A stretch of 64,000 bases of DNA, taken from NCBI GenBank assembly GCA_965217585.1, contig OZ244561.1, positions 6,656,001 through 6,720,000 of the forward strand, in the 5' to 3' direction. Source of the DNA: Candidatus Latescibacterota bacterium. Its GTDB lineage: Bacteria > Latescibacterota > UBA2968 > UBA8231. The translations under genes were made by a program, and so were the position numbers. The notes below the pieces were generated by a model. That model made no database searches, was not told the origin of the DNA, and saw nothing but the letters and a program-made list of their open reading frames with translations. Shown here piece after piece: positions 40,364 to 49,549 of the stretch (positions are counted from its first letter, which is position 1; each line of letters opens with the position of its first letter).

Positions 40364-42340
40364 TCACGACGGAAACGGCACGGGAATCCCATCGCCGTGC
40401 CACGGAAAGGCGTAGCTTGGCGTATTGCAGAAGCGGTCTAACCCGGCTCCGACGCGAATCGCCGTTGACGGCGGCAGTTCCACCGAGAAGTACTTCCCTT
40501 CTACAGCAGCTACAACCTCGCCATCCTTCCCTGCCGCGCGGTATTTGAGCTGCGTGAAGCGGTGCTCGCCAAAGGCACCAGCCTGCACAATGAGGCGGCG
40601 CGTCTCGTGCCGCGACGTGTTGACGAGTTGGATGCCGACCACGGCCGGTCCTAGTTCATCCACCAAGGCAGCCACGTCTAGGGGTAGCCCCGGACGCAGG
40701 CGGTCGGCGTCGAAGTAGCGCACCGTAGCGCGCAGCAGGCCGCCGTTATAGACCGACTGCGGCGCTCCCAACGCCACTTGGGTCAAGCCCTTGGTCAACA
40801 CCGGCTGCGACGGGAGTCGATTAGTCGCAATGATCTCCAAGGGACTGCGTTCGTCGGCGCGCATGGCCTCGTAGGTCTCCAAGGCCTGCTGGTACTCTGC
40901 CCGCAGAATCTGCTCCGGCCAGCCCGGGTTCTTGCCATCGTAGTACTGAAAGCGGGCGAATTCGGTATTGCCCCAGTTTTTCTCGCCCAAGGATGCGCCT
41001 ACGTCGTTCCAGTCGCGCTCCACGTCCCCATCGCGCACCAAGGTAATCAGCTCGTAGTCCTCTCGGGCCATAGAGGCGTGGTACAGGTGCATGATGTCCT
41101 GGCCCCGCAGCGGGGTGGGTTCCAGCCAGTAGCCCCGCATCTCAATGCCGTCGCTTACGTGCAACCCCGGCGCCGGATTCCAGTCCCAGCCGTCCGGCCC
41201 GTAGCGCACCGGTACGAGGAACTGCCCGTCCTCACGCTTCCTGCCGTTATCGACTTGCAGCTTGATTTGCGAGCGCAAAAAATCGAGGTAGCCGCTGTCG
41301 CCGGTGAGCAGTTGGGCGCATTCGACCGCGATGTTGATGCCGTGGAACATGATGTTGTAGCCCTGGTAGTGGTTCCAGCCGTACTGGCCGCCCCACCACA
41401 CGCCCTCGCGTCCCCCACCGATGACGCCTTTGGCATCGACATTGTCCGGGCAGATACCACCGTTTTTCTCCGTGCGCTCCATCCACGCTTCTGTGTAGTC
41501 GAGGACCCACTGTTTGTACTTGTTGTCGCCGGTGTACAGATAGGCATTGGCCACCAGCGCGGTGGCCGCCAAGCTGTTGGGCGTGTCGCACTGCAAGACG
41601 AGGCGGTCGAACAGATCGACGATCTGCTTGCGCCGCGCTGGATTTTCAAACCAGCGAGTCTCCAAGTTTTTGACGATGGGATACAGACTGGCGCGCACTC
41701 CGTAGTAGTTGGCCTGGCCCCCCAGACCGCGCCCGGCCAGCAGCATGGTGTTGGCGTATTCCGCGTCCGCGTGGAGCTTGGGGCCCTGGCTCGAATGGAA
41801 GGGCGAGCGCAGGATGCGGTATTGGGGATCCCAGTTGGGGGCTTGGGGATCCTCGCCGATGAACATGGCCGCAAAGCTCCGCGACCGCCGCATGTTTTCC
41901 GATACCGTGGGGTCGGCCACCCCAAAGTCGTAAAAGGCCATATTGCCCTCGCCCAAGTGGTGCCACTCCATGGCTTGTTCGAGGTTCCAAAATTCGTTGT
42001 GGATGGACGGCCGGAAGACCTTCTTATGGTCGTTGTAGCGCGTGCGGTGATTGATGCGCTCGTCGCTGATGCGGGTGACTGCGTTCCAGTTGCGGAAGTG
42101 GAGGTCGAGTAAATCGTCGGCCGCGCCAATCGCGTAGAACAGGCCAAAGTTGTATAGCTGTTCGTAGAGATCATCGACATCCTCGGCCAACAAGGTGCCG
42201 CCGCCGCGCTCAAAGTACTGCCGGGCGAACAGGCGACCCGACTCCTCCATTAGTGCGATCAAATTTCGCTCCATCAAGGCCCATGCCGGCGGGGCCGCAA
42301 CCTCGGTCGCCTCAATCTTGGTCATACTATTTGCTATCAT
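40364..42340 (-). CDS. Large hypothetical protein
   Basis: 658-aa aromatic-rich ORF with host-like codon usage; no function recognised. Confidence 0.8.
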   Translation of the reverse strand: MIANSMTKIEATEVAAPPAWALMERNLIALMEESGRLFARQYFERGGGTLLAEDVDDLYEQLYNFGLFYAIGAADDLLDLHFRNWNAVTRISDERINHRTRYNDHKKVFRPSIHNEFWNLEQAMEWHHLGEGNMAFYDFGVADPTVSENMRRSRSFAAMFIGEDPQAPNWDPQYRILRSPFHSSQGPKLHADAEYANTMLLAGRGLGGQANYYGVRASLYPIVKNLETRWFENPARRKQIVDLFDRLVLQCDTPNSLAATALVANAYLYTGDNKYKQWVLDYTEAWMERTEKNGGICPDNVDAKGVIGGGREGVWWGGQYGWNHYQGYNIMFHGINIAVECAQLLTGDSGYLDFLRSQIKLQVDNGRKREDGQFLVPVRYGPDGWDWNPAPGLHVSDGIEMRGYWLEPTPLRGQDIMHLYHASMAREDYELITLVRDGDVERDWNDVGASLGEKNWGNTEFARFQYYDGKNPGWPEQILRAEYQQALETYEAMRADERSPLEIIATNRLPSQPVLTKGLTQVALGAPQSVYNGGLLRATVRYFDADRLRPGLPLDVAALVDELGPAVVGIQLVNTSRHETRRLIVQAGAFGEHRFTQLKYRAAGKDGEVVAAVEGKYFSVELPPSTAIRVGAGLDRFCNTPSYAFPWHGDGIPVPFPS

Positions 42341-42480
42341 CGCCCACTACCTCCTATGCGCGGGAAAGGGTCGGACGTAATTCTAGGCGGCAGCCCATGC
42401 GCAGGCAAGCGGTTCGTTTTCAGCCGCTAGCGCGTTGGTCCGCTTGGCCGCTCCAGATGCATCCTTTACCTTAAAACTCC

Positions 42481-43266
42481 ATGAACAGTAACGACTATCT
42501 ACACGCCCTCTTCGGCTGCCAAGGCCGCAAAGCCATCGTCACAGGTGCCTCCAGCGGCTTAGGAGCCGAAATGGCTCGCGTCCTCGTCTCGGCGGGTGCC
42601 GACGTCCTCGCCGTCGCCCGCCGCCAAGAGCGCCTCGAAGCGCTAGCCAACGAATTACAAGACCGCGCCGGAACCATCCATCCACACTCGGCTGACCTAA
42701 GCGACAGCACCGCCATCGCCTCCCTACCCGAGCAGGCGCGCGAGCAACTCGGCGGCTGCGATATCTTGGTTGCCAATGCCGGCACAGCCACCCGCGTCCG
42801 CCTCGAAGATATGGCCGAGCAAGACTTTGCCCGCGTCGTCGATTTCAATCTCAAAGCCCAGTGGCTACTCGCCAAAGCCTGCTTTCCCTTGCTCCGCCAA
42901 TCTGAAGCCGGCCGCATCGTCAATATCGCCTCGATCTACGGCTTGGGGGCCTCGGTAATCAACGGCCTGAGTGCCTACACCGTCAGCAAACACGGGCTCG
43001 TGGGGCTGACGCGCTCGCAGGCAGTGGAATGGAGCAGACACGGCATCACTGCAAACGCCATCGCTCCTAGCTATTTCCCCACCGAAATGACCGAGACCGC
43101 CCTCGATAACGAGAAGATGAGTTCCCGCCTGCGTGCCTTTACTCCGCAAGGGCGCTTCGGTCAGCCCGCAGAGCTAGCCACCGCCCTGCTCTTTTTGTGC
43201 TCAGAGGCCAGTGGCTACGTCAATGGGGTCGTCGTGCCGGTGGACGGCGGCTGGACGGCGTGGTGA
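42481..43266 (+). CDS. SDR family oxidoreductase
   Basis: TGASSGLG, ANAG and YTVSK motifs. Confidence 0.92.
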   Translation: MNSNDYLHALFGCQGRKAIVTGASSGLGAEMARVLVSAGADVLAVARRQERLEALANELQDRAGTIHPHSADLSDSTAIASLPEQAREQLGGCDILVANAGTATRVRLEDMAEQDFARVVDFNLKAQWLLAKACFPLLRQSEAGRIVNIASIYGLGASVINGLSAYTVSKHGLVGLTRSQAVEWSRHGITANAIAPSYFPTEMTETALDNEKMSSRLRAFTPQGRFGQPAELATALLFLCSEASGYVNGVVVPVDGGWTAW

Positions 43267-43277
43267 GCGGAATTCGC

Positions 43278-44672
43278 ATGACGCCTGAGCAAATCATAGC
43301 CCTAGTCGCAACCGGTGAGTCCGAGACACTGGAGTTCAAGGAGACTACCCGAAGACGCCGCGAAGCAGCCCAAACGATGTGCGCCATGCTTAACCATCGC
43401 GGTGGGCGCGTCCTTTTCGGCGTCACGCCGGAAGGATCTGCACTCGGCCAGCAAGTGAGCGACCACACGCTCGAAGAAGTGAGTGCAGAGATCCAGGAGA
43501 TCGAACCGCCGGTATTTCCGGTAGTAGAGCGGGTTCCCGTGGAGGACGGCCGAGAAGTGGTCGTAGTAAACGTCAATCAAGGTCCTATGAAGCCTTATAA
43601 CTACAGGGGAATCGCCTACCGTCGGGTTGGAAATACCAACTTGAAGATGTCGCCCGACGAGTACAACCAGATGCTGTTTGAACGGATGCACAGCGAGCAA
43701 CGCTGGGAAAATCAGCCCGCTACCGGATGGTCGGTCAGCGACCTCGACGTAACTGAGATTGGGCGCACGATTGAGGAGGCGATTCGCCGAGGGCGTGTCA
43801 AGGATCCGGGCACTCGTGAACCCGAGGCATTATTGCAGGGCCTCAGTTTGATCAAAGATGGCGAATTGTTGCGGGCCGCGGTCGTATTGTTCGGAAGCAC
43901 CGACCGGATCGAAGCTGAGATGCCTCAGTGCCTGCTCCGGGTCGCCCGTTTTCGTGGAACCGCCCGCACGGAATTTCTCGACAATCGACAGTTTCGCGGC
44001 AACGCTTTCGTGCTGCTCGCAAGTGCAGAGCGTTTTATGCTCGAAAACCTGCCAGTAGCCGGCCGCATTGTCCCGGATCTCTTCGAGCGGATCGATGACC
44101 CACTCTATCCGCCTGCGGCGTTGCGCGAGGCACTGGCGAATGCGTTCTGCCACCGGGATTATGCGATCGGCGGCGGCTCGGTAGCCACTGCAATATACGA
44201 CGACTGCTTGGAGGTAACCTCAACGGGCTCGTTGCATTTTGGACTGACCCCAGAGAAGTTGTTTGCTCCACACGAATCGCTGCCTTGGAATCCTCTAATC
44301 GCTGATGTGTTTTACCGACGCGGCATCATTGAGCGATGGGGGATCGGCACGATCAATATGGTAAAGTGGACGACGGCTGCCGGCCTGCCACAACCCGAGA
44401 TCGAGGATACCTCTGGTTGCGTGACGGTGCGCTTTCGGCCCAACCGAAATGTGATGCCTCAGCGCGTTGAGAGGGACCTGACCGAGCGGCAACAAGCGAC
44501 GCTAGCCCTGCTGGATCAGGCTGGTCGAGGGCTAGCACTGCGCGAGATATACGCACAACTAAAGCCGCTGGCCAGCGAGCGGCAGGTGCGAGAAGACTTG
44601 GCTATTCTGAGGACGCTTGGGCTGGTCGAGCCCACGGGACATGGGCGAGGAGCACGGTGGAACCGCCTGTAA
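43278..44672 (+). CDS. Schlafen/AlbA_2 + HATPase_c_4 + C-terminal wHTH protein
   Basis: GESETLEFK, AMLNHRGG, REALANAFCHRDY, ERWGIG and GHGRGARW motifs. Confidence 0.88.
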   Translation: MTPEQIIALVATGESETLEFKETTRRRREAAQTMCAMLNHRGGRVLFGVTPEGSALGQQVSDHTLEEVSAEIQEIEPPVFPVVERVPVEDGREVVVVNVNQGPMKPYNYRGIAYRRVGNTNLKMSPDEYNQMLFERMHSEQRWENQPATGWSVSDLDVTEIGRTIEEAIRRGRVKDPGTREPEALLQGLSLIKDGELLRAAVVLFGSTDRIEAEMPQCLLRVARFRGTARTEFLDNRQFRGNAFVLLASAERFMLENLPVAGRIVPDLFERIDDPLYPPAALREALANAFCHRDYAIGGGSVATAIYDDCLEVTSTGSLHFGLTPEKLFAPHESLPWNPLIADVFYRRGIIERWGIGTINMVKWTTAAGLPQPEIEDTSGCVTVRFRPNRNVMPQRVERDLTERQQATLALLDQAGRGLALREIYAQLKPLASERQVREDLAILRTLGLVEPTGHGRGARWNRL

Positions 44673-44709
44673 ATCAAAATTATGGCTTATTCACAGGCCA
44701 AGTGGAAGG

Positions 44710-44807
44710 AGTAATTCAGCAGCGGTTAGATTTTAACCGCTGCTGAATTACTGACCCGCCCTTGTCCCAACGTTACAGCAGGACAAGGGCGGGTTAGATT
44801 TTAACCC
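44710..44807. repeat. Two adjacent perfect inverted repeats (19-bp and 14-bp arms)
   Basis: agtaattcagcagcggtta/taaccgctgctgaattact and acccgcccttgtcc/ggacaagggcgggt; ggttagattttaacc occurs twice. Confidence 0.85.
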
Positions 44808-44848
44808 TTAACAGGACATGACACAATACGTGCCGGTTGCGCTACTGA

Positions 44849-45250
44849 ACGACAGAGAAACGCTTTCTGATTGGACTAAGCCTGATTTTCGGCCTCGCCG
44901 TTGTGATTCTGCTGAACAATTCGTGCGCCGGGATAACCCCCACGCTAATCATCGAAACAACGCCGTGCAGTGATGTGAACGTAGAAGGGACGTGAGGGCG
45001 CGAACATAGCTCCGGCAATGTGCAAGCCGTAGGCATATCCCGTCTGCGGGGGTGTGTTGTTCTTCTCAGTTACGTTACTCTCGATTCGGATGGGGAGCTA
45101 CTCGAAGAGAGTAGCCAGCTACATTCCATCATCAGCGTAGAGCAGTATTCTGATTGGACGCGTTACACCCCTATGCGTTTAGAGAGCGGACAGGATACGC
45201 TCGAAAGTGTAGGTGTGGAGATTCTGTCAGACGGTGCGCTTATGCTCTGA
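44849..45250 (+). pseudogene. Degraded lipoprotein-like gene
   Basis: TEKRFLIGLSLIFGLAVVILLNNSC signal-like segment preceded by ACG rather than ATG; in-frame TGA at 44993; frame stays open to 45250. Confidence 0.45.
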
Positions 45251-45330
45251 ACTGAACGCTTTGAGAGACATGAGTAATAGAATACGAGCATTAGTTAAAT
45301 TTTAACTCTTCACTGAACAGAAGCATCATT

Positions 45331-45529
45331 ATGATGCAGCTACTTGAAAATAAAGGTGTTGGCTTATTATGGCTTATTATGGCTTATTCACGGCCAATAT
45401 GATGCAACTACTTGAAAATAAAGGTGTTGGCTTATTATGGCTTATTATGGCTTATTCACGGCTTATTATGGCTTATTCACGGCTTATTATGGCTTATTCA
45501 CGGCCAATACGATGCAACTGCTTGAAAAT
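45331..45529. repeat. Nested tandem repeat array with ten GGCTTATT copies
   Basis: A 30-bp unit, then runs of ggcttattat (10 bp) / ggcttattcac (11 bp), then ggccaat. Units of 68 bp and 110 bp plus a partial third. Confidence 0.92.
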
Positions 45530-45555
45530 GCCATTCACCACTGAAAGTTGACACT

Positions 45556-45669
45556 ATGAAAAAGCGCATCCTCGACCGCACGGGCCTAACCGTGGGCGAA
45601 CTGTCGCTCGGCGGGCTTTTCGTCTCGTCGTATGGCGCGACCTTTGAACAGAGCAAGCAGGCCCGCTAG
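45556..45669 (+). pseudogene. N-terminal remnant of an aldo/keto reductase
   Basis: MKKRILDRTGLTVGELSLGGLFVSS...* matches the AKR N-terminus; stops after 37 aa. Confidence 0.7.
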
Positions 45670-45769
45670 CAGTCCTCCTGGTAGTGGTCGGTGGCCTGTG
45701 CCGATCCCCGCCCACAGGGCCGAGGGGGTTGAGCCTGATCACTGGCCACTGGCTACTAACCACTGCCTC

Positions 45770-46486
45770 TCAGACCGGCGGCGCTTCCAGAAAAACGCGC
45801 ACCCCCATATCGGTATAGCGCGACCGGCTCTCGGCCGTGCCATTGCGGAAACAGACTGCGGTATCCGTGCCCTGCAAGGCTTCGACCACGTGGCGCACGC
45901 AATCGTCAACGCTTTTGAGCTGGGGATGGCCTCGGTGATTTAGGTCCATTTGCAGGTCGGTAGGCCCAAAAGAGAGGCAATCAACCCCAGGCCGAGCCAA
46001 ATTGAATGCACTGGTCGCGGCCGCCACCGATTCGACTTGCAGCCACAGCACCCCGTACTGGTTCCACCAATCCGCATACGCTTGGGGGCCGCTGCTCGTA
46101 TCGCCGACGCGGGCACCGCCGCCGTGGCTGCGCACCCCTTGCGGCAAGTAATAGAAATTGGCCACGGCCTCCTCAGCGGTCGCCACGGTCTCTACCTGGG
46201 GCACTTCGATCCCCGCAGGCCCCAAGTCCAAGCAGTTGCCGATTAGGTAGGTGTGACGGGTGTGCTTGATGCGAAAGTGCAGCGGCAAGTCGAACTCCCC
46301 AATCATGCCCGCCAACGCGACCAAGCGGTCTTCGCTATAGGGCGAATGCTGGCTATCGACAAAGACAAAATCGCACGCGCCCAACTCGGCGATTCGCTTT
46401 AATGCGTCGCGCTCGATATCGCCGCGGATGCCAAACCCCACCACCATTTCGCCCCGCTTGATCTTCTGCTTCAAATTCGCTGCCAT
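45770..46486 (-). CDS. HpcH/HpaI aldolase family protein
   Basis: FVDSQHS, VPQVET, QVES and FGPTDL motifs. Confidence 0.85.
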   Translation of the reverse strand: MAANLKQKIKRGEMVVGFGIRGDIERDALKRIAELGACDFVFVDSQHSPYSEDRLVALAGMIGEFDLPLHFRIKHTRHTYLIGNCLDLGPAGIEVPQVETVATAEEAVANFYYLPQGVRSHGGGARVGDTSSGPQAYADWWNQYGVLWLQVESVAAATSAFNLARPGVDCLSFGPTDLQMDLNHRGHPQLKSVDDCVRHVVEALQGTDTAVCFRNGTAESRSRYTDMGVRVFLEAPPV

Positions 46487-46522
46487 GCTCGTATCTCCTT
46501 TAAGAGAGTGCCAACGCCTCGG

Positions 46523-47407
46523 TTAAGCGTATAGCCCGAATACGCTAGCCGCCAACCAGAGCAGGGTGTTGATCTGCAAAGGTCGATCACTCCAGACGAC
46601 TGCCGTCGGGTCGCCCCCTTGCCCCCGGTGGTACACTAGATAGAGATAGCGCAACACGCCGTAGAGCACAAAAGGGATCGTCCACTGCAGTCGCGCGTCT
46701 TCTGCATCGCCCACCCCCATCGCGTACAGCACGTAGCAGACCATGGTCACGGCAGTGAGCGCGGCAATCATTTGATCGAGAAAAGGCACGCTGTATTCTT
46801 CGAGGATGGCGCGGTGATCCGCGGCCGCATCCGCCAGTTGCACGATCTCCTGTCGGCGCTTGACTACAACCACGAAGAGCACGAGTGCGAAGATACAGAC
46901 GATAAACCAAGTGGAAATAGATACCTCGATGACTAGACCGCCGCCAACGGCGCGCAGCAGATAACACGCGGCCACGATCAGCACATCCACCAATACCACG
47001 TGTTTGAGCCGGAGAGAGTACGCCGCGTTGAGCACCGCATAGAGCGCGGCCACCCACCCCAAATGAGGGTGCAGCCAAAACGCGCAAGCCAGTGCAAGGA
47101 CCAACGCGACCAAAGCCGCCCCCCAAGCTAACGCGACCGACAGATGGCCGGCGGCAATCGGCCGGTGGCACTTCTCGGGATGCAGGCGGTCGTACTGCCG
47201 GTCGAAGATGTCGTTGAACAAATAGACGCCCCCGCTCAGTAGGACGAAGCAGAGGGCCGCCCCTAAGCTGCGTACTAGGTAGGGAATTTCAAAGAGATGT
47301 TCGGAAAATACGAGGGCAGGTAAGACGAAGACATTCTTGATCCACTGCCGGGGACGCATGGACCACAGGATGTAGTAGAGCGACAAAACGGGGCTATGCT
47401 TTGGCAC
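46523..47407 (-). CDS. UbiA family prenyltransferase (decaprenyl-phosphate phosphoribosyltransferase-like)
   Basis: RPRQWIKN, NDIFD...DRLHPEK..RPIAAG and YSLRLK motifs. Confidence 0.87.
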   Translation of the reverse strand: MPKHSPVLSLYYILWSMRPRQWIKNVFVLPALVFSEHLFEIPYLVRSLGAALCFVLLSGGVYLFNDIFDRQYDRLHPEKCHRPIAAGHLSVALAWGAALVALVLALACAFWLHPHLGWVAALYAVLNAAYSLRLKHVVLVDVLIVAACYLLRAVGGGLVIEVSISTWFIVCIFALVLFVVVVKRRQEIVQLADAAADHRAILEEYSVPFLDQMIAALTAVTMVCYVLYAMGVGDAEDARLQWTIPFVLYGVLRYLYLVYHRGQGGDPTAVVWSDRPLQINTLLWLAASVFGLYA

Positions 47408-47427
47408 AACCGGAGAGCAGAGGCCGT

Positions 47428-47988
47428 TTAGACCTCCATGATCTCCTTTTCCTTGTTCTCGATGATCCTGTCAATGGAGGCTACGTATTCAGCGGTCAAC
47501 TCCTGCACCCTTTTCTGCGCGCTGCGCGACTCGTCTTCAGAGATGTCCCCGTCCTTTTGAGCTTGCTGGAGCAGGTCTATCCCGTCGCGCCGCGCATGTC
47601 GCACTGCGACCCGCCCCTCCTCGGCTCGGTGCCGGGCGACTTTGGTGATTTCCACCCGCCGCTCCTCGGTCAGTTCGGGAATGGGCAGCCGGATGAGGGT
47701 GCCGTCGTTGGCCGGATTAAGGCCCAAGCTCTTGTCGGCGAGGATGGCCCTTTCAATCACGGGAATCAGGGCGGCCTCCCAAGGCTTGATCGCCAACAAG
47801 CGCGGCTCGGGGACGCTGATCGTCGCCACCTGGTTGAGCGCCGTCTGTTGGCCGTAGTAATCCACCCGCACGTTGTCGAGCATGGCGGCCGAGGCCCGCC
47901 CCGTGCGGATAGATGATAAGTCGCGGCGCAGAGACTCGATGGCCTTATCCATGCTCTCTTTTACTTCTTCAATGATCTCTTCCAACAT
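47428..47988 (-). CDS. frr: Ribosome recycling factor
   Basis: IRTGRAS, P.LTEERR and VRHARRD motifs. Confidence 0.96.
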   Translation of the reverse strand: MLEEIIEEVKESMDKAIESLRRDLSSIRTGRASAAMLDNVRVDYYGQQTALNQVATISVPEPRLLAIKPWEAALIPVIERAILADKSLGLNPANDGTLIRLPIPELTEERRVEITKVARHRAEEGRVAVRHARRDGIDLLQQAQKDGDISEDESRSAQKRVQELTAEYVASIDRIIENKEKEIMEV

Positions 47989-48006
47989 GGCGGCCCCAAT
48001 GTGTTT

Positions 48007-48609
48007 TTAGGCGTCTTCTCCCAAGACAAACCGCTCAAAGCGCCGCACGGTAATCTTCTCGCCGATTTTGGCGGTTATCTCGGTGACTAATTCGCCAATG
48101 GTCTGGTCGGGATTCTTGACGAAGACCTGTTCCATCAGGCAATTTTCCTGATAGAACTTCTCCATGCGGCCCTCGACGATTTTTTCGGCAATGTGCTCGG
48201 GCTTGCCCTCGTTTTTGGCCTGTTCGAGGTAGATGGCCCGCTCCCTTTCCACGGCGTCGGCGAGAACGCCCTCCCGGTCGACCGCCAAAGGCTGGGAGGC
48301 GGCAATGTGCATAGCCACGTCCTTGGCAAAGGCCTGGAAGTCGTCGGTGCGGGCGACGAAGTCGGTTTCGCAGTTGACCTCTAGTAGCACGCCGAGGCGG
48401 CTGCCCTGGTGAATATACGCTTGGATCAGCCCTTCGCTGGCGTCGCGGCCAGCTCGCTTTTCCACGGCGGACAGGCCCTGCTTGCGCAAGTACTCAATGG
48501 CCTTTTCGCTGTCGCCGCCGGTCTCTTGCAGGGCCTTCTTGCAATCCATCATGCCCAAGCCCGTCTTCTGCCGGAGCATTCGTACGCTTTGTGCGGTAAT
48601 CTGAGTCAT
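48007..48609 (-). CDS. tsf: Elongation factor Ts (short form)
   Basis: GMMDCKKAL and EVNCETDFVA motifs. Confidence 0.97.
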   Translation of the reverse strand: MTQITAQSVRMLRQKTGLGMMDCKKALQETGGDSEKAIEYLRKQGLSAVEKRAGRDASEGLIQAYIHQGSRLGVLLEVNCETDFVARTDDFQAFAKDVAMHIAASQPLAVDREGVLADAVERERAIYLEQAKNEGKPEHIAEKIVEGRMEKFYQENCLMEQVFVKNPDQTIGELVTEITAKIGEKITVRRFERFVLGEDA

Positions 48610-48640
48610 CGTCGTTTGCTCTCAAAAGTAGTTGATCTGT

Positions 48641-49426
48641 CTATGCTGTGGCCTCGGCCACAGCCGGGGCCTCTTCGGCTTCTTTGGTCTCTACGGCCTC
48701 TTCGGTCCCTTGCTTGTCGTCGCGGGCTGCCCTCTCGGCCTCGGCCTCGGCCTTGCCCTCAATCGCCGCGTCGGCGATGAGGCGCGTGATGAGACCGATT
48801 GAGCGGATGGCATCGTCGTTACCGGGGATTGGATAAGTCACCAAGTCGGGATCGCAGTTGGTATCGACGATGGCCACTGAGGGAATGCCTAGCTTGGCCG
48901 CCTCGCGCACTGCGATGTGCTCCTTCTTGATGTCTATGATAAAGACCAAGCCGGGCAGGCCGCCCATGTTGCGGATGCCGGCCAAGGTTCGCTGGAGCCG
49001 GGCGCGCTCTTTTTCGAGCAGCAGGACTTCTTTTTTCTTGAGGTTCTCGTAGGTACCGTCGGTCGAGATGCGGTCGAGATGCTCTAGGTGCCGGATACTC
49101 TGGCGGATGGTCTGCCAGTTGGTCAGCATCCCGCCGAGCCAGCGCTCGGTGACGTGAAACATGCCGCAGCGCTCGGCCTCCTGCCGCACGAGATCAGCGG
49201 CCTGTTTCTTCGTGCCGACAAAGAACACGGCGCGCCCGGCGCGGACTGTCTGGCGCACGGCTTCGCAAGCGGCTTCGACCTTGCCAACCGTCTTTTGCAG
49301 GTCGATGATGTGGATGCCGTTGCGCTCGGTGAAGATGTAGGGACGCATTTTGGGGTTCCAACGCCGGGTCTGGTGCCCGAAGTGGGTCCCGGCTTCCAGC
49401 AAATCGCGGATGGTGAAGTCAGCCAT
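48641..49426 (-). CDS. rpsB: 30S ribosomal protein S2
   Basis: [13 protein letters not shown] and PGNDDAIRS motifs. Confidence 0.97.
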   Translation of the reverse strand: MADFTIRDLLEAGTHFGHQTRRWNPKMRPYIFTERNGIHIIDLQKTVGKVEAACEAVRQTVRAGRAVFFVGTKKQAADLVRQEAERCGMFHVTERWLGGMLTNWQTIRQSIRHLEHLDRISTDGTYENLKKKEVLLLEKERARLQRTLAGIRNMGGLPGLVFIIDIKKEHIAVREAAKLGIPSVAIVDTNCDPDLVTYPIPGNDDAIRSIGLITRLIADAAIEGKAEAEAERAARDDKQGTEEAVETKEAEEAPAVAEATA

Positions 49427-49444
49427 GATCGCTCCTAAATGTTA

Positions 49445-49537
49445 GTTGGGCCTCCGCCTCCCTCATCTACACACAGAAGCCCCGCAGACGCCGGACGCCC
49501 ACGGGACACTCTCTGCTGTGCATCGGGAAGCGTGTGT
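49445..49537 (-). ncRNA. rpsB (S2) autoregulatory leader RNA, t44-like
   Basis: ACACACGC...GAGUGUCC...GCGGAGGCCCAAC with long-stem complementarity just upstream of rpsB. Confidence 0.65.
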
Positions 49538-49549
49538 ATTGGGATGAGA

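Noticed and set aside
40778-42213. Long alternative-frame ORFs (444 aa +, 352 aa -) and similar shadow ORFs across the window
   Set aside because: They overlap better-supported genes and are expected from GC-rich codon bias.
45270-45307. dif/Xer site
   Set aside because: attagttaaat resembles the XerD arm, but there is no convincing XerC arm at the right spacing.
45331-45529. CRISPR array
   Set aside because: The sequences between the 30-bp units are themselves repeats rather than unique spacers, and no cas genes are present.
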